A stretch of 64,000 nt of DNA from Alphaproteobacteria bacterium (GTDB taxonomy: Bacteria; Pseudomonadota; Alphaproteobacteria; SP197): positions 53,928 through 117,927 of the forward strand of contig CBDAUZ010000002.1 of assembly GCA_965200745.1 (NCBI GenBank), given 5' to 3'. Positions 10,822 through 19,906 of the stretch are shown here, one piece after another (positions within the stretch are counted from its first letter, which is position 1; each line of letters opens with the position of its first letter). The position numbers and the translations under genes are program-made. Below the pieces are notes generated by a model. The model saw only the letters and a list, made by a program, of their open reading frames with translations, had not been told where the DNA came from and did no database searches.

Positions 10822-11487
10822 ATGTACATTCTCTACGGTGGAAACGTGACGCGCGCACTCGGGCCGCAGATGGTCCTTGCCGAGGGCGGTTTGCCATATG
10901 AACTGCGCAACGTCGCAATCGAAAGACAGGAACACCTGAATCCCGAATTCCGCGCATTGAATCCGGCCGGTTTTGTTCCAGCACTCGTGACACCCGAAGG
11001 CGAGGTTCTGCATGAAGCCGCAGCGATCATGCTTTACCTTGCTGACCGCCACGCATTGACCGATCTCGCACCGTCTCCCGACGATCCGCTGCGCGGAAGA
11101 TTCCTTGCCCGACTTCTCTTTTTCACAAACGATGTGCAACCGTCACTGAAACGGACCTACTACCCGCACAGATACGCATTGCGCCAAGAAGACATCGAAG
11201 AGGTACGACAACAATCCCGTGCGATGGTCCGTGCCCGTTGGCAACTCATCGAAAACTGGCTGTCAGAGGATGGCCCCTATCATCTTGGCCGCCGATTCAG
11301 CCTTCTCGACCTGCATCTGGCAATGTGGGCGTGTTACGGTTTCGAACGCCCGCTCGATATTCTCGACGAAATGCCCGGTTGCCGGCGCATGTACGACCTT
11401 GTTCGTTCACGCCGTATCGCTGGTCCGTTGCTCCAGGGGCTCGTCGACGCGATGAAACGCTTCCGCGGGTGGGAAACCGTCGGCTGA
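10822..11487 (+). CDS. Glutathione S-transferase
   Basis: ORF 10792..11487 with a GST N-domain (LNPAGFVPALV...LHEAAAIMLYLADRH). I prefer the ATG at 10822 (MYILYGG) after AGGGGGA. Confidence 0.85.
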   Translation: MYILYGGNVTRALGPQMVLAEGGLPYELRNVAIERQEHLNPEFRALNPAGFVPALVTPEGEVLHEAAAIMLYLADRHALTDLAPSPDDPLRGRFLARLLFFTNDVQPSLKRTYYPHRYALRQEDIEEVRQQSRAMVRARWQLIENWLSEDGPYHLGRRFSLLDLHLAMWACYGFERPLDILDEMPGCRRMYDLVRSRRIAGPLLQGLVDAMKRFRGWETVG

Positions 11488-11489
11488 AT

Positions 11490-12497
11490 TCACGCCCCCC
11501 AGATCTCGGAAAAGGCACGCAGGAAGTTCCCGCCCAGCAATCCCGCGATTTCATCATTCGACCAACCCGCAGTGTCAAGCCGTTCCGTGATCCGGACGAG
11601 GTCCCGGTGGCTTGAACAGTCCGAGAGATACCGGGCACGAATATCATTGCCGAATGCCTGCGCATAACGGGCAATGGCGGCCGGATAGTTGCCAAGTGTG
11701 AAACTGGTGATGTGTGAGACGCGATCGAGATCCGAAACCGCCGGCAGATCCGTTCCGATACCGACATGATTGATGCCCGCAATGCGCACGACATGTTCCA
11801 GATGGCGCATGAAATCGTCCAGGCCCGGATGGCGATCGGGGTTGCCGTCCCAACACATCGGTCCGTAAATACTCACACCAATCACGCCACCGGTGTCGGC
11901 AATCGCCTTGATGACATCGTCAATCTTGTTCCTGAGCGCGCCAGTTACAGCACGGGCATTCGCGTGCGTTGCGAGCACCGGCGTTCGGCTTTGTTGTGCC
12001 GCCTCGATCGATGTGCGCTGACCAACATGTGACAGGTCAATGGCAATCCCCACATCATTCATGACGCCGATTGCATCACGACCGAGCTGGGACAAACCAC
12101 CGTCGTCAGGTTCAAGACAACCGTCACCGAGAAAGTTACGACGGTTGTATGTGAGTTGTGCGATTCGAAGTCCCGCCTTGTGCACGACAAACAACCGATC
12201 AAGATTGTCACCAATTGCACGAAGGTTCTGCCAACCCATGATCAGACCGGTCCGACCATCCGCCTGACACGCCGTGATGTCCTCCGCCCGCAAGACAAGA
12301 CGCCAACCCCTGTCAGGGTCACGCAACCACTTCAGCCAGCGCGAAATGCCGTCGAACGCGGATTCGAAATCAGTTTCGAAGTGCGAGACGGTCATGTTGA
12401 CGGCCGTAATGCCGGCGTCGCGAAGACAGGAACGGTCTCCGTCACCGAAGAAGTTCAATCCGTCAATGATCAGTGATCTTTCGTGCAGCGCATTCAT
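11490..12497 (-). CDS. Membrane dipeptidase (peptidase M19 family)
   Basis: 335-aa ORF with IIDGLNFFG and HVGIGTDL motifs. It converges on the GST gene with a 2-nt gap. Confidence 0.9.
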   Translation of the reverse strand: MNALHERSLIIDGLNFFGDGDRSCLRDAGITAVNMTVSHFETDFESAFDGISRWLKWLRDPDRGWRLVLRAEDITACQADGRTGLIMGWQNLRAIGDNLDRLFVVHKAGLRIAQLTYNRRNFLGDGCLEPDDGGLSQLGRDAIGVMNDVGIAIDLSHVGQRTSIEAAQQSRTPVLATHANARAVTGALRNKIDDVIKAIADTGGVIGVSIYGPMCWDGNPDRHPGLDDFMRHLEHVVRIAGINHVGIGTDLPAVSDLDRVSHITSFTLGNYPAAIARYAQAFGNDIRARYLSDCSSHRDLVRITERLDTAGWSNDEIAGLLGGNFLRAFSEIWGA

Positions 12498-13516
12498 CCG
12501 GTTCTCTCGAATTTTGGCATCACGTCGTTTGCAAAGCGCTCCATTGATGCCATGACATCGTGGTGCTCGGCCCCGAAACTCATGTTGACCAGCAGGTCCA
12601 TGACCTCAAGCTCTTCGTATTCAGCGAGTTTGTCGACAACGTCGGATGCGCTGCCGATCAGGAGTGCATTGCGAATATCGTGTTCCGACTCCGGAACATC
12701 GATTGGAACAATTTCACCATTGTTCACGATACCCGGTGTGTCGGACACGTTACGGAAGCGGCGATGGTTTTCGTAGGCAATCCGGACTTTTTCGTCAATG
12801 TCGGCCTGGTCGCGACCGACATAAAGCATACGCAGCATGGAAAACTTGAGGTGATCGAGTTTGCCATCGGCATCCCGCCGCGCATCACCGAATGCCCGCG
12901 CCTGTGTTCGAACTGTTTCCATCCCGCCACGCAAGGGTGTCGTCTGAATGTGATAGCCGCGCCGAGCGGAATGATAGATTGCAGGATAGCTCAGTGCGGC
13001 AATCCAGATCGGGATCGGATTCTGTATTGGATGGGGTGTGATCGAAATCGGCTCGAAGTCATACCAGGGGCTTTTCCACCCGGTTTCTTCACCCGAAACG
13101 AGTTTCTGCAGGAGTGCGAGCGCGTCATCAAAGCGTTCGCGGCTTTCCGCAGGCGGGACCCCGAACCGTTCGAATTCATACCTGAAAGCCCCGCGCCCGA
13201 CACCCAGTTCGAGACGGCCGTCCATGAGACAATCGGCCTGACAAACCTCTCCTGCAAGCCGCCTGATGTCGTAAAACGGCAGTACGAGGACCGATGTGAT
13301 GATGCGAATACGGCGTGTTCGGGCCGCAACCTTGATTGCGGTCAAGAGCGGCTGGGGATGAGTCAGATAGTTGATGAAATGATGTTCGGGAATGCAGAGG
13401 GTATCGAAACCCAGTTCTTCCGCGAATACGCCCTGTTCAACTGCGTCGGCGTAGAGTTGCTGCGCCGGATACGTCGTATCAGGCCAATAGCACGGCAGGT
13501 AGAAACTGAACCGCAA
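12494..13516 (-). CDS. LLM-class (luciferase-like) flavin-dependent oxidoreductase
   Basis: 340-aa ORF with CIPEHHF and LELGVGRG motifs. It has a 4-nt ATGA overlap with the dipeptidase gene. Confidence 0.9.
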   Translation of the reverse strand: MRFSFYLPCYWPDTTYPAQQLYADAVEQGVFAEELGFDTLCIPEHHFINYLTHPQPLLTAIKVAARTRRIRIITSVLVLPFYDIRRLAGEVCQADCLMDGRLELGVGRGAFRYEFERFGVPPAESRERFDDALALLQKLVSGEETGWKSPWYDFEPISITPHPIQNPIPIWIAALSYPAIYHSARRGYHIQTTPLRGGMETVRTQARAFGDARRDADGKLDHLKFSMLRMLYVGRDQADIDEKVRIAYENHRRFRNVSDTPGIVNNGEIVPIDVPESEHDIRNALLIGSASDVVDKLAEYEELEVMDLLVNMSFGAEHHDVMASMERFANDVMPKFERTG

Positions 13517-13612
13517 CCTGTCTTCTCCCGGTCAATGACACGACCCTGTTTCTTGAACACGCACCGTGCGCCTTGCTACCGTCCATGATCGTTTCACGAC
13601 AGGAACCAGACG

Positions 13613-15208
13613 ATGCCGCAAATCGACCCGCGTCACGAACAAAGTGTCGGCAAAATTCTTGCCGCACGGGCACGGGCGACGCCCGACAACATATTCATCC
13701 ATGCCGATGCCCGACACCTTACGTTCGGTGAAGCAGAGAGTGAATCCAACATCGTTGCCAATGCCACACGATCGCTTGGAATGGAACCGGGCGGAACCGT
13801 ACTTGTCATGTTGCCGAACGTCATCGAATTCATTCTGATATGGCTTGGACTGGGTAAATCCGGAGCGGTCCAGGTTCCTGTGAATACCGCGTATCGCGGC
13901 AATCTTCTCGTCCACGTCATCAACGATTCCGCTGCGTCGTTTCTCATCGTCGATTGCGAATTTCTTCAACGGATAGCCGAAGTTTCCGGTGAACTCGAAC
14001 ATCTCGAAACGCTGATTGTTCGCAACCTCCCCGAGGAACCGGGGCTGCTTCCAAACGGTCTCGAGTCGTTCCGGATCATCGATCTTTCGACCCTGTTCAA
14101 TGGACGTGATACCCCGCTTGCCGAACTGCCGAAACACTATGATCTCAAGGCCATCATGTACACATCCGGTACGACAGGCCCGTCGAAGGGTGTGATGACC
14201 GTTCAGGCACACGCCTATGCTTATGCACACGGCAACCTTGAACTCATGGAACTGAAACCAGGCGACATCTACTACGCACCGCTTCCGCTCTTTCACATCG
14301 CCGGTCAATGGGCGGTTTGCTACGCGTCCCTTATCGCCGGTTCCGCTGCAGTCGTGACCGAGCGATTCAGCGTTCAGCGTTTCTGGCAGGATGCACGGCG
14401 TTTCAATGCAAAGGTCACATTCCTTCTCGGTGCCATGGCAAACTTCCTGGCCCGACAGCCGCCACAGCCTGACGACAGTGTTACGCCAATCGAGCGTGCA
14501 CTTGTCGTTCCGATGTTTCCCGATGTCAGCGACTTCGGTCGTCGTTTCAACATGAAGATCAAGACAACCTACGGGTCGACCGAGACCTGTGCACCGCATC
14601 GGATCGGATGGGACGATCCGGACTGGCAAACCTGTGGCACCCTGCATGACGAACTTTTCGAAGGGCGCATTGTTGACGAGAACGATGAAGAAGTTCCCGA
14701 TGGCACTGTGGGTGAATTTGTCATTCGCGGCAAGGAACCCTGGGTTCTCATGGCCGGGTATTGGCGCCATCCCGAGTGGACCGAGAAAGCCTGGTCGAAT
14801 CTCTGGCTGCACTCGGGAGATGCGATGCGGCGTGACGCAAATGGCCGCTATTACTTTGTCGATCGTCTGACCGATTCCATTCGCCGACGCGGCGAGAACA
14901 TCTCGTCACTGGAAGTGGAGAACGAGATCAACCAGCATCCGGCTATCGTCGAGAGCGCTGTCTTTCCGATTTCCAGTGAAGATACCGAAGATGACGTCAT
15001 GGCAACCCTGGTTTGCAAGGAAGGATGCGCGGCCACCCCGGTCGAGATCATCGAATTCCTGGAGCCGAGAATGGCCAGATTCATGCTTCCCCGTTTCATC
15101 GACTTCATCGACGCGTTGCCGAAGACACCGACCGGCAAGATCAGGAAATTCAGTCTGCGGAAAAAGGGCGTTTCATCAACGACGTGGGATCGTGAAAATC
15201 CGTCCTGA
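13613..15208 (+). CDS. AMP-dependent acyl-CoA ligase (CaiC-like)
   Basis: 531-aa ORF with P-loop YTSGTTGPSKGV, YGSTET and the C-terminal TPTGKIRK. Confidence 0.9.
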   Translation: MPQIDPRHEQSVGKILAARARATPDNIFIHADARHLTFGEAESESNIVANATRSLGMEPGGTVLVMLPNVIEFILIWLGLGKSGAVQVPVNTAYRGNLLVHVINDSAASFLIVDCEFLQRIAEVSGELEHLETLIVRNLPEEPGLLPNGLESFRIIDLSTLFNGRDTPLAELPKHYDLKAIMYTSGTTGPSKGVMTVQAHAYAYAHGNLELMELKPGDIYYAPLPLFHIAGQWAVCYASLIAGSAAVVTERFSVQRFWQDARRFNAKVTFLLGAMANFLARQPPQPDDSVTPIERALVVPMFPDVSDFGRRFNMKIKTTYGSTETCAPHRIGWDDPDWQTCGTLHDELFEGRIVDENDEEVPDGTVGEFVIRGKEPWVLMAGYWRHPEWTEKAWSNLWLHSGDAMRRDANGRYYFVDRLTDSIRRRGENISSLEVENEINQHPAIVESAVFPISSEDTEDDVMATLVCKEGCAATPVEIIEFLEPRMARFMLPRFIDFIDALPKTPTGKIRKFSLRKKGVSSTTWDRENPS

Positions 15209-15282
15209 AGGTGTATGGACCAGGCGACGTCACAGGGGTCGATTAATGCTCGGTGATAAATCGTACTCCAAGCCCTCTGGCA

Positions 15283-15462
15283 TCATTGCAATGTGCGATG
15301 GACAGTTGCCCTTGAAACGGCGAAAATCTCGGCGAGATCGCTGATCGAATGGTCTCCGGTTTCGTGCATCTTTAGACGCTCTTTCTGTTGTTTTTCAGTT
15401 AGTTCCGGCTTGGGGTCCAAGGTGTCCCAAGCCGACACTGCCAACACAGTTAAAGCCGCCAT
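15283..15462 (-). pseudogene. Serine recombinase (resolvase/invertase) C-terminal HTH remnant
   Basis: A 59-codon ORF, just under the track cutoff. My translation reads MAALTVLAVSAWDTLDPKPELTEKQQKERLKMHETGDHSISDLAEIFAVSRATVHRTLQ. This matches the HTH_7 tail of resolvases, and no catalytic domain is present. Confidence 0.55.
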
Positions 15463-15479
15463 ATCCCGTTAGTTGCGGG

Positions 15480-15823
15480 TTTTCCTGCCCGCCAATACGG
15501 CATTGGTACAGGGTTCGGTACACGCCTGTCTTTCACGCTTCTTCCAACATGTTCTCTGATACATCGACACCGTCGATCGTTTCGAAACCAACGCCGGCCA
15601 GTTCCTGCGCCGCGAGCCCAGTACCGCAACCAACATCAAGCACCGCCACAGACCGACCCTTCATTACCTCGGCAAAGGCCCGCACCGGGATCTGGTGTGC
15701 GCAATAACCATAGTCCTTAAGAAGGTCGTCGTTTTAGATCGCCACCCAGTCGTCATTTTGATCGGCCGGGTCGATATCGACATCGCTTCCTGTCGCCTGT
15801 GCCAACTTGCCCTTTGCTTCCAT
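15480..15823 (-). pseudogene. Class I SAM-dependent methyltransferase, decayed
   Basis: The minus-strand reading contains motif I, VAVLDVGCGTGLAAQEL. It is interrupted by in-frame TAA (about 15734) and TGA (about 15533) and lacks the C-terminal half, which is truncated at the resolvase remnant. Confidence 0.6.
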
Positions 15824-15963
15824 CTCGACCGTCACCTGTCCAGCCCCCGGTTTCAGGGGCCTGTGATTTGGCGTTCCCCTGACAAGCTTTCAGTTACTGG
15901 TGCGCGACGTCAAGGAATGCGTTGGCCTTGTTGTACCCCAGCCCATCCGATCAGCCCTCTGAT

Positions 15964-17358
15964 TCAATTCTCGAAAAGATCACCCAGAACGTAGTTCGGG
16001 TACGCTGCAAAGATTGTTTCGAATAATCCCTCGGCGACGTCCTTGGACATGCCGCCATTTTGGGCGTTGTCCAGAAACTTGCGCCTTAGATCGTCCTCAG
16101 ACAAAGGACGTTGAGGGCTGCCAATCGGATAGGCAACGCGATCGCAAAAAGAGCGTCCATCCTTCAGATGCACAGTCACGGTGTCAGGAAAATCCGGGTG
16201 AAACGCCAGACCGGGTGACCGCGGGTGTGCGTTGACTGAGACGCGCGCCGCGAGATCGATGAGTTCGGGGCGCAAGAGCGCATCGGGCTGGAAACTGGCC
16301 ACACCCACGCTACCGTCGGTCAGCGCAACCGCGGCGCACCACGGCACGCTGAACAGAGCCTCGGTTCGATCCTTCGGTATGCCATATGGCAGGACTGAGT
16401 GTGCGATATCGGAAACCACTGTCTTCACGCTGACAACATCTGACGCTTTTACCTGGTGCCGATTGCGCAAGGTCTGACAGGCTTCGATCACGAGGTGGGT
16501 TACCCCGCAAGAGGGGTAGTTCTTGATGTGCAGACCATACCTGAGCACGGCGTAAGACTGGCCAAGTTGTGCCAGACTAGCTCTCAGCTCATCAGGGCTT
16601 GCTCTGGTCATCATTTTCAGAAATCCCGCGTTGCCCTCAAAGACTGCTTTCTGCGCCGTGGCACCGTTGGCGGCAAACGAGGCCGATAGGACCCCGGTCT
16701 TCGCGGCCAGGCCAGCATGCAGCGGTTTCGCCGTTGTTCCAAATTGAGATGTGAAACCACCGATCATGCTGGTGGACAAAGATACGGCGTGGCTCGTCTG
16801 AGTGTCGTCCAGAGACATCAGCCGCGCACAGGCTGCCGCCGCTCCGATCGCGGCCAATGTGTTTGTCGTGTGCCAACCCAGTTCGTAATGCGTCATGTTC
16901 ACCGCTTCGCCAATGCGCATCAGGACTTCGACACCCACGATCCAGGCGTCCCAGATGGATGTAAGCGGAACCGCGTCGTCGGCGATGGCAAGGAGTGCGG
17001 GATAGATCGCCGCACTGGCATGGCTGATGCCTGGGTCTTCCCAATCGTCGAAGTCGTAGGCATGCGCCGACGTCCCGTTGACCAAGGCGGCCCAGGGTGC
17101 CGGCAATATCTCCGGTCGCCCATAATCTTGTCTGTCACCACTTCCCCAGCTTTGGACCGTCGCTAGAACGGCTTGGGTGTCGGGGTGGTCGGCTCCCAGA
17201 TACATGCACCCCAACGTGTCAGCGAATGCACGCTGCGCGTGCGCCCGGACCTCTTCGGGGTGGGTGTTGGGGCTATGAACCACAAATCGGGCGATAACCT
17301 CGGCGCATGTCACTGTGTTGTCGGCGAGGGTGCAGAGGTCAGATAGTGGTTCGTTCAT
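15964..17358 (-). CDS. MmgE/PrpD family protein (2-methylcitrate dehydratase-like)
   Basis: 464-aa ORF with ADTLGCMYLGADHP and HAYDFDD motifs. Its ATG overlaps the stop of the upstream ligase remnant (ATGA). Confidence 0.9.
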   Translation of the reverse strand: MNEPLSDLCTLADNTVTCAEVIARFVVHSPNTHPEEVRAHAQRAFADTLGCMYLGADHPDTQAVLATVQSWGSGDRQDYGRPEILPAPWAALVNGTSAHAYDFDDWEDPGISHASAAIYPALLAIADDAVPLTSIWDAWIVGVEVLMRIGEAVNMTHYELGWHTTNTLAAIGAAAACARLMSLDDTQTSHAVSLSTSMIGGFTSQFGTTAKPLHAGLAAKTGVLSASFAANGATAQKAVFEGNAGFLKMMTRASPDELRASLAQLGQSYAVLRYGLHIKNYPSCGVTHLVIEACQTLRNRHQVKASDVVSVKTVVSDIAHSVLPYGIPKDRTEALFSVPWCAAVALTDGSVGVASFQPDALLRPELIDLAARVSVNAHPRSPGLAFHPDFPDTVTVHLKDGRSFCDRVAYPIGSPQRPLSEDDLRRKFLDNAQNGGMSKDVAEGLFETIFAAYPNYVLGDLFEN

Positions 17359-18082
17359 TGAACTGACCTCCCATCAGAGCTTGCAAGCCGGGATTCCACG
17401 GTCTCCCGCATCTTGAACTTTTGCGCCTTCCCGGTGACAGTCATCGGGAAACTGTCAACGAACTGGACATCGCGCGGGATCTTGTAATGCGTGATGCGTC
17501 CTTGGCAGAAGGCACGGATGTCTTCTTCTGTCACAGCTTGCCCGTCCTTGACCTTGATCCAGGCACAGATCTCTTCGCCAAAATGCGCATCGTGAACGCC
17601 GAATACATGGACCTCCTGCACTGCTTCGTGCTTATACAGGAACTCTTCTATCTCTAGTGGGTAGATGTTCTCGCCTCCGCGAATAACCATGTCCTTGATC
17701 CGCCCATCTTCGTCCACGATCTTGATCTCAAGGTGCGGATGGACACAGCCCACTGTCGCAACCTGTTTCTCAAGCGGATCGCCAATCAGTGTCTGCGTAC
17801 TGACCGGGCTGGTTTCGGTCATGCCGTAGCAGATCGTCATCTCAGTCATGGCGACCAAATCCCGACCCGGTCGCCGGGTACGAGCCCCAACGCCAATAGC
17901 CCGCTTGCCTGTTTTTCGACCTCGGCGACCCGTTCGTCAAAGCGCCATCTGATCTTTTGCTGACAGGACACAAGGACGAGCGCGTCGGGCCATTGTTCGC
18001 GTGCCGCCTCTCGCTGCTGCCCGATGGTCATTCCGAGTAACGACTTATCGGTCTGTCCGCAGGCATAGCTCATCGCAGCCAT
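17355..18082 (-). pseudogene. AMP-binding acyl-CoA synthetase remnant with internal deletions
   Basis: Two ORFs in different frames. 17846..18199 carries the N-terminus (MSYACGQTDKSLLGMTIG...GDRVGIWSP). 17355..17858 carries the C-terminus (YGMTETSP...RIKDMVIRGGENIYP...TVTGKAQKF). The P-loop adenylation core is absent. Confidence 0.7.
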
Positions 18083-18296
18083 CGCATCCTCCTTGCTTTC
18101 GCCGATAGGGTTTGGCCAGATCATACGCCGCTCTCTGCTGGCACCGAACACAGAAACCCGAGAAACAGCTATACCAGAAATGCACATCGGCGCGTCCAAT
18201 ACTCCAGTTTTGTCATATCAGATAATTGATTGGCGCTGCTTCATTTGCGTTCGCGTGTGTATCACCCTTGTGCTGTGGTCACAGGAGAGTGTCGAG

Positions 18297-19853
18297 ATGA
18301 CTGAAGCTGGAGAAAAACTGGGCCGATCAAGGCGCGGGGGCCGGGGTCGAACAAGAGGTTTGCGCGAAAGGGAAGCATCGACGAAAGAGATCTCGAAAGT
18401 GCGCCGCCTTCCTCCGGCAGAGTTCCTTACCGAACAGCAAATCAATCTGGTGCATGATTATTCCATGCGGGTTCTTGACGAAACCGGGATCGAATTCATG
18501 CTTCCGGAGGCGCTCGATTTACTCGAACAGAACGGTTGCAAGGTCGACCGAAGCTCGGGCCGTGCCTACATGCCGCGCACGGTGGTGGAGGATTGGGTTT
18601 CCAGGGCCCCGTCGAGCTTCGATCTGCAGGGAACGACACGCGAGAGCCGTATCATGATCGGGGGCAGCAATATCTCCTTCGGGTCGGTGGCAAGCGCTCC
18701 GAACACTTTCCATTCAAAGCGCGGGCGGGAGACCGGGTCACAACAAGGGTTTCGCGACCTGCTCAGGATCAGCCACGCTCTGCCGACCTGTACATTCATG
18801 TCAGGATACCCGGTTGAGCCAATCGACCTCCCCGTCAACACCCGGCATCTGGACTGTTACAAGGATATGCTGACGCTGACAGACAAGCCGTTCCGGGCTT
18901 ATGCGATCGGCAAGACACGTATTCGTGACGCTTTGGAGATGATACGGATCGCGCATCGCGTCGATGACGCCGGGATGGCAGCACCCCCGCGTCTGATCAC
19001 GAACATGAATGTCAATTCTCCACTCAAAATAGATGGCCCGCTGCTTGTCGGGGCCATGGAGATGGTGCGCGCCGGGCAGATTGTCGTTGTAACTCCCGTA
19101 GCGTTCTCGGGTGCCATGTCCCCGATTTCACTGTCAGGTACGCTTATTCAGTTCAACGCAGAATGCCTGGCCGGGATTGCGGCTCTGCAAATGGTCCAAC
19201 CCGGCGCGCCGGTTATGTATGGCTCTGTTTTGGCCACAATCGACATGAAAAGCGGTGCTCCCATTCTTGGTTCGCCAGAGCTCGTCACAGGATTTGTCGC
19301 GACAGGACAACTTGCCCGCCGATACGGCATTCCCATGCGCGGTTTTCTCGGTGCCACGTCAAAGGCCACCGATGCCCAGGCTGCCCATGAAACCCTCATG
19401 TGTCTTTGGGCAAATGTGCTGGCAGGCGTGCATTGTGTGTTCCACGCCCATGGATTGCTCGACGGCGGATTGATCGCCTCTTACGAAAAGGCGATCCTTG
19501 ATTCCGACCTCATCGGGATCATGCAGACGATCTCGTCAGACGTCGACTTCTCCGATGCAGACGAAGCCTTGGCTGCGATTGACGCCGTCGGCCCAGGCGG
19601 ACATTTTCTGGGCTCGTCGCATACAATGTCACGGTATCGAGATGCCTTTCACACACCAATCCTTTCAGACTGGCGGCCATTCGAAACCTGGAGCGAAGAT
19701 GGCGAACGAGAGACTGCAGCACGAGCCGAGGCTTACTACACGGACTTGCTGAAGAACTATGTCCCGCCGTCCATTGATCCGGGTGTTGCCGAAGAGCTGG
19801 AGACTTTCGTTGCCCGGCGCAAGGTTGAGATTGGTGGTCATGAAATAGATTAA
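18297..19853 (+). CDS. MttB-superfamily (trimethylamine methyltransferase family) protein, non-Pyl paralog 1
   Basis: ORF 18093..19853. I prefer the ATG at 18297 (MTEAGEKLG) after CAGGAGAG. Family-typical blocks are GAMSPISLSGTL, DMKSGAPILGSPE and GPGGHFLGSSHT. There is no in-frame amber codon. Confidence 0.9.
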   Translation: MTEAGEKLGRSRRGGRGRTRGLREREASTKEISKVRRLPPAEFLTEQQINLVHDYSMRVLDETGIEFMLPEALDLLEQNGCKVDRSSGRAYMPRTVVEDWVSRAPSSFDLQGTTRESRIMIGGSNISFGSVASAPNTFHSKRGRETGSQQGFRDLLRISHALPTCTFMSGYPVEPIDLPVNTRHLDCYKDMLTLTDKPFRAYAIGKTRIRDALEMIRIAHRVDDAGMAAPPRLITNMNVNSPLKIDGPLLVGAMEMVRAGQIVVVTPVAFSGAMSPISLSGTLIQFNAECLAGIAALQMVQPGAPVMYGSVLATIDMKSGAPILGSPELVTGFVATGQLARRYGIPMRGFLGATSKATDAQAAHETLMCLWANVLAGVHCVFHAHGLLDGGLIASYEKAILDSDLIGIMQTISSDVDFSDADEALAAIDAVGPGGHFLGSSHTMSRYRDAFHTPILSDWRPFETWSEDGERETAARAEAYYTDLLKNYVPPSIDPGVAEELETFVARRKVEIGGHEID

Positions 19854-19906
19854 GTCTATGGTGGAAAGGAATTCATGAACTTTTGGCTGCTTCCGGAAGA
19901 CCACGC

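Noticed and set aside
11487-11490. Convergent GST and dipeptidase stops only 2 nt apart (similarly 21946/21968), considered as a possible overlapping-terminator oddity.
   Set aside because: Tight convergent packing is common in compact bacterial genomes. I saw no hairpin or other structure that would make it noteworthy.
12560-14812. Very long ORFs antisense to real genes. Examples are 12560..13588(+) 342 aa, 13532..14812(-) 426 aa, 9913..11139(-) 408 aa, 8079..9002(-), 22202..23161(+), 53352..54305(+), 34078..34911(+), 3549..4322(+), 4720..5517(+), 27046..27792(+), 59844..60692(+) and 20240..21043(-).
   Set aside because: Each lies opposite an ORF with clear family motifs. Their translations are Arg/Pro/Gly/Cys-rich with no recognisable domains. 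They are typical shadow ORFs of GC-rich DNA.
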